From assembly GCA_973895155.1 (NCBI GenBank), contig OZ316899.1:6699241-6763240 (forward strand): a DNA stretch of 64,000 nt, read 5' to 3'. The notes under the pieces were generated by a model. That model did no database searches. It was not told where the DNA came from and saw only the letters and a program-made list of their open reading frames with translations. The first letter of the stretch is position 1; each line of letters opens with the position of its first letter. Position numbers and translations under genes: made by a program. Source of the stretch: Marsupella aquatica (Eukaryota > Plantae > Marchantiophyta). Of the stretch, positions 59,233 through 64,000 are shown piece by piece.

Positions 59233-62200
59233 ATGGGGGAAGAGGGTGATGACATGGAGACAGACATGGGGCTTGGAGAGTGGGGTGAAGAGGAAAGATT
59301 GGATATGGATGGAGACCCAGATGCAGGGGGCTCACAGAAAAATGCACTTGTGCAAGATGCACAGGGCCCTCATCAAGTCCCAGGTAGGTGGGCAGCTAGA
59401 GAGAAATCACATAATCCATACCCTAGAAGGAGCCAGAGTTATTGGCAAGGGACGCCTGATAATTATGATGATGACTATGATGGAGCAGAAGATGGATGGG
59501 ATGAATATGAACACCCAGAGCGTGGTAGAGACGGGTACAGAGGGCAATGGAAAGGTGAGGAGGATGATTGGACAAGTAAGTGCCTTGTGCTAGTGATTTT
59601 GTGATGGTAGTAGAGATTTAGCTCAATATGCACTTATCTGATGTGTAGCTAGGGCAAAGAGTTTATCTTACAGGTCCATGAGTGTGGCATGTACCTGTTG
59701 GTATGCAGACTCTGATTGGGACAATCACGAAAACAACAAAGGCCATCCACGTTCAGATAGGAGGCAATCATTCACAGGCGGGAGAAACGGCCCTAATTCA
59801 TCAAGACAAAGCAATAGGACAGGTGGTCCAAAACCATCTATGCGCCAAGGGAGAGGTAACTTGGTCATTGCAGAATTGCTCTGAAGTCCACTGTATATTT
59901 GGCAGCAGGATTTATGATTCATACTACCTAATGGATCCTGTAAATGTGCAGGGACTCCAGGGAGGTTTGGACAATGCAATCCAGGCCGTGGGGGGAGATC
60001 AGGCCGTGGAGGGACCCCAGGCCGTGGGGGGACACCAGGCCGTGGAGGGACACCTAGTAGCGCTTCAGGGAGTACCAAGGCAGGAGACAGTAACAAATTT
60101 GGTAAAGTAGAAGTGAATTCCGATGGTTGGATAACTCCCACATGTGATGGTAAGAACCGTTGGCATTCTGACCTAAGAGGAGAAGTATTGCATTGATTAG
60201 ATTTGAGCATTACAGAGTTTAGGAGTCAGAACAAAGCTGATTGGGCTGCTATCTGCAAGGACATTCTTGAACGGTGGGACTATGTTGGTAATGATGGTAA
60301 GGGCCCAGTTGAAGATTGCATATCAGATTATGCAATGAGGATTTTGAAACAAGAGAGGCATAGGTTGAAAAGGATGTGGATAGACAATGGTTCTAACAGG
60401 AGAATGCCACCACCCCCATCATTGGAATTGGATCAATGGACACGGTTAATCAAAGGGTTCATGTCAGAGGCTGGACAGAGCAAAAGTGAATTGATGTCAA
60501 ATGCTCGAGGCAAAGTGTCACAGGCTGGGAGAGGAAGTTATGCTCCAGTGAAAGAACAATTGGTAAGGCAGTGACATGCCTGATAGTAAGCCTCAAACTT
60601 ATCATCTTGCTACCATTATTACATTTTCATTGACAATCAACACTTGGTTTCATTCATATGTATGTTGATGTGGACTGCAGAAGAAATTGACAGGTGAAGA
60701 ACCATCAGCACAAGAAGTGAGAGAGGAGTTCATGAAACAAAGGAGTGAGGTGACAAGTGTGACTTCCAAACTGGTGATTATGTTGTAATTCTGTATGTTC
60801 TGTGACTATTTGCCCTTGAGCATCAGAAAGAATTGTAGTAGGAAGTAAGCAACCAGTTCTTGGGGACAATTATCTGAGATATGTAAGCTATGTTATGACA
60901 GGGAACTGTTACAACTCTCACAGAGATGTGTGAACGGTTGAAGTCATTAGAGTGTGGACTCCCTCGAGTGGAAAGTAAATTGGCTGATCGTTTGGATATT
61001 GTGGAGGCATCTGTAGCGAACCTTCTTGCATCAGTGGAATCTAATTTCAAGCTTGTGATTGAAAAATTGGGTGGTTCCCAACCAAACAATGAGGGCAACA
61101 TTGTACAAAGTGTGCCCTTGTTAACAAAAAAGGGAATTGGCAAATTTGACACAGGTATGGAAATGACACCGGCCCATTGTTCATTGTGTCCTATGTTCAA
61201 ATGTTAGAAGTAAGTTTTCATGAATTGAGTGAATGGTTTTAATGCAGGAAGAGTGGAGGCAGAGAAGGACCCTGTAATCAGTAAGTGAATGGTTTGAATG
61301 CAGGAAGAGTGGAGGCAGAGAAGGACCCTGTAATCAGTAAGCAGAATGGCAAAAAGGTTGCTGAGACAGGTAACCTGCTATGATCCAGTACATTACATTT
61401 GAAAAGTGCATGGAGTTTTGTGAAGCTTAAGCCCGGTTGGAGGTAATCTTTTCTGTAAGAACTGGTTGGATCAACTGGGATCTGAAGTGACATCATGATT
61501 GATGTATCAGGTGATTCAAAGAGCAATGAAAAAGATGTGCCCAGTGCCTCAGTGACCATAGCCAAGGAGGTATCAGGTAAGCTGATGCTTTAAATTCCTC
61601 TCCTACCATTGTTGAGAAACACTTCAGTGGTTAATAGATTGAACCTGAATATTGTGGTGTGTTTATTGATCAGCAGAAGCAGACATGGAGGATATGGCAA
61701 TGGTAAAGAAGGGGAAGAAGGCTGTTCGTATCGGTAAGGAGATAGTGACAACTTTGTGGTTGGTGACATGTACATGGCGCACATGTGATGAGTGATTCAC
61801 TTATGTTGGACAATGCACTGAATTGTAGTTGATGCAGAGTTGACAGACTCTCAACCAAGTGGGAGCAGGGTGAAGCGACGTCGAAACTTGGGAGCAACAT
61901 TGGATGCAAGTAAGATTGTAGATGCTTCAATTGAAGCAAGTACAATGTTGGCAGATACTGAGATGATATCGCAGGGAGATCCTGCTATACAATTGGAAGT
62001 GTCAAATATGGATGCAGATTCTTTGAAGAAGAGTGTATCCAATTCTCGATCACCAGCACAAAACACTCATGCCAAAGTCATGACTCGCAACCAAGGTATG
62101 AATAATGTCATGTATAAGCCACCCAGGAAAGCCAAGAAAAGCAGCCAGGGTAAGGTGGAGGTGATAACCACAGCAGAGCCAGTCCATAATCTTCTATCAT

Positions 62201-62430
62201 GGGAGGATGACTCGCAGGTATGTGTGGGTACAGGCATTTTGCGACCGGATCATGCTAAATTCCATGGCAAAGTGGTCCTGGATGACCATGTAGTAGTGTT
62301 GTTGACTACAGTGATTGTATCTGATTGTAATTTGCCATTTCCGAATAGAGACGATGATCCACCTCAGGAAATAATTGCACATGCAGTAGGATCTCTTGTG
62401 CTCTGGCCATCAGAGTGTGTTAGTCTGTAG
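59233..62430 (+). CDS. TnpA/Tnp1-like multi-exon gene, with an in-frame TGA at 60194
   Basis: Series of GT-AG-bounded exons; acidic N-terminus; GRGGTP repeats; ERHRLKRMW..PPP..DQWTRLI..S..NAR; C-terminus VGTG..FHG...V..V...LPFP....AVGSLVLWP. Exon structure approximate. Confidence 0.75.
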
Positions 62431-62939
62431 TGACTGAATGCAAGTGTAGATAGAATCATGTGACATGTGTTATATTTTGACAGTGCCTTGGAAAGATCCA
62501 AGAAATATCTGTACCAATTTTTCCATTTGGTAAAGAGGATGAAGGAGCCGTTGTGTGTGACATTGATATTTCTAAATTCTGTATATATGAAACAAGTGAT
62601 TGATGTCAAACTATGGCTCTATGGTGATTGTCTATGATACTTGAATCTGTTTTGTATCATTTAAGTATTAGTGTGTATGGTATAGACGAATGCTTTGTGA
62701 CCTTCTTTGTAGTCTATGATGTTTGAATCTGTGAATTCATATTAGTGTACATGGTATAGAAGATGGCTTTCTGAAAATTTGTGTGAGGTTCTAATGTTAA
62801 CATGGTGAATGGTGACCTTATAGAGTGAGTTCATTCCAAGTACACAATAAAACATGAATGGAATGTGTTATTTGTGCACAAGAGTGAGTTCATTCCAAGT
62901 AGTATAGTGGGGTCTTCATCACTCATTTCCAGTTGACAT

Positions 62940-63269
62940 GAAAGACTTGTACATACCCCACAAAGTGTCTACTTTAGTCGTTTTATAAACCCACAAAGTA
63001 TACTTAAAGACTACCCTCCATAACCTTTTGAGTCGTTCCCAACGACTCACCATCGCAGTCCATAAAAGACTGAAAAAGACTCACCAAACCTACCCACACA
63101 AAGACTACAATAGACTGAAAATCCAGTCTATAAAACGACTTATAAACCAGTTCTATAAAGGACTCAGTTGATTATAGTAACAAAACATACGACTCATAGT
63201 CCTATAAAGGACTGGAGTCCTTCCCAGTCATTTCCAAGTCCTATACGGTACTGAATAGTTGTTTTATGG
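62940..63269. repeat. CACTA right subterminal repeats (GACT/AGTC-core motifs such as AAAGACT and TATAAAGGGACT)
   Basis: Dense GACT motifs in both orientations; similar motifs at 41900-42020. Confidence 0.7.
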
Positions 63270-63299
63270 GGTCTAAATACCCCCCAGTTTCTACTAGTG
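63270..63299 (-). repeat. CACTA right TIR
   Basis: Reverse complement CACTAGTAGAAACTGGGGGGTATTTAGACC. Confidence 0.93.
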
Positions 63300-63724
63300 C
63301 GATGGGCAATAAGACCAAAGTTGATACCAGGAAGACCTTGCCTGACAAGGAGTTCCGGTCGTTCCCAGGGCCATCAACAAAGAATGGCTTCTTCTAGAAC
63401 ACCTGCACCAACCCGCACATTGGGGAGATGATTGATTTCTTGCGGGTAACCATGCATTGCAACTTGCCGAGGCCAGAGATTGGCAAGGCACAAGTTTACC
63501 TGGCGGAGAGGCCAGACCCCAGCTGGGACTACAACGGATGCCTCCTCACCCAATTGAAGAAAATCTTGAAGGAGGAACAGCAGGTGATCGGCAAGGGAAG
63601 CGTGTCCCGGCTTGGCTATCATATGCCGTTGTTGTGCCGCTATGCTCGAAGTCAGATATTCGCCCCGGTACTTCCCTTGCAGGCAAGAGCACCAGAGAGG
63701 TTCCGGAATAGAGGCCGGCAATAG
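63300..63724 (+). pseudogene. Accessory PMD-like ORF, 3' part
   Basis: After removing the CACTA and one CGA: GLP-MGNKTKVDTRKTLPDKEFRSFPGPSTKNGFF*NTCTNPHIGEMIDFLRVTM...SWDYNGCLL. Confidence 0.7.
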
Positions 63725-64000
63725 AGAAACCGACCCAGCCCGACAGTCCTACAATCGAGCAGGTGTTTAGGCCGAGGAAGGAAGACTTGTCGATGCAGCA
63801 ACCATGCATGCAGAATCTGCTGAAATTGCTAGAGAAAGAAAGGAGAACGGCAATGGCAACGGCAACGGGACCGGTACAGAATACTGCTCCCAAAGTTGGC
63901 CTAAGCTGACTTACCAGGGAAAACCCCTTTACCGGGGCCAAGGAGAGAGGGAGGCCGGAACACGAGCCGGGAGTCCGAATGTATGTAGGAGCCTCAAGTC

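Larger units (their letters stand above)
41869..63299 (+). mobile_element. Complete CACTA (En/Spm) DNA transposon, 21.4 kb, with cargo ORFs and a nested LINE
   Basis: Both ends read CACTAGTAGAAAC (13-bp perfect, ~30-bp imperfect TIR); 3-bp TSD CGA (41866-41868, 63300-63302); Tnp2 and TnpA-like genes; subterminal repeats. Confidence 0.96.

Overview
Eukaryotic plant-type heterochromatin, almost entirely nested transposable elements, with no ordinary host gene, RNA gene or CRISPR. The element families suggest a non-seed plant, but this is inference. Bases 1-22809 hold an old minus-strand Ty3/gypsy split by a ~300-bp MITE, a solo LTR, a very young intact 12.4-kb Ty3/gypsy (3144-bp LTRs, GTTCG TSD) and a Bianca-type Ty1/copia. 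Bases 22810-39997 are a chromodomain Ty3/gypsy with non-canonical AGT...ACT LTR ends. Its 3' LTR carries a gag+protease-only LTR element (4-bp TSD), which in turn carries a 3.6-kb TG...CA solo LTR containing a ~560-codon ORF. Bases 41869-63299 are a complete 21.4-kb CACTA (En/Spm) transposon (TIRs, CGA TSD) with a nested LINE. The highlight lies upstream of the Tnp2/TnpD and TnpA-like genes: a co-oriented array of four compact accessory ORFs. They encode a Cys/His-rich protein, a stand-alone EDM2-like composite PHD module, a tandem-BRCT protein resembling the Pol lambda BRCT, and an F-box-only protein. This is a candidate transposon-encoded chromatin-reader / DNA-repair / ubiquitin toolkit. 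All family assignments come from motif recognition by eye; no searches were run.
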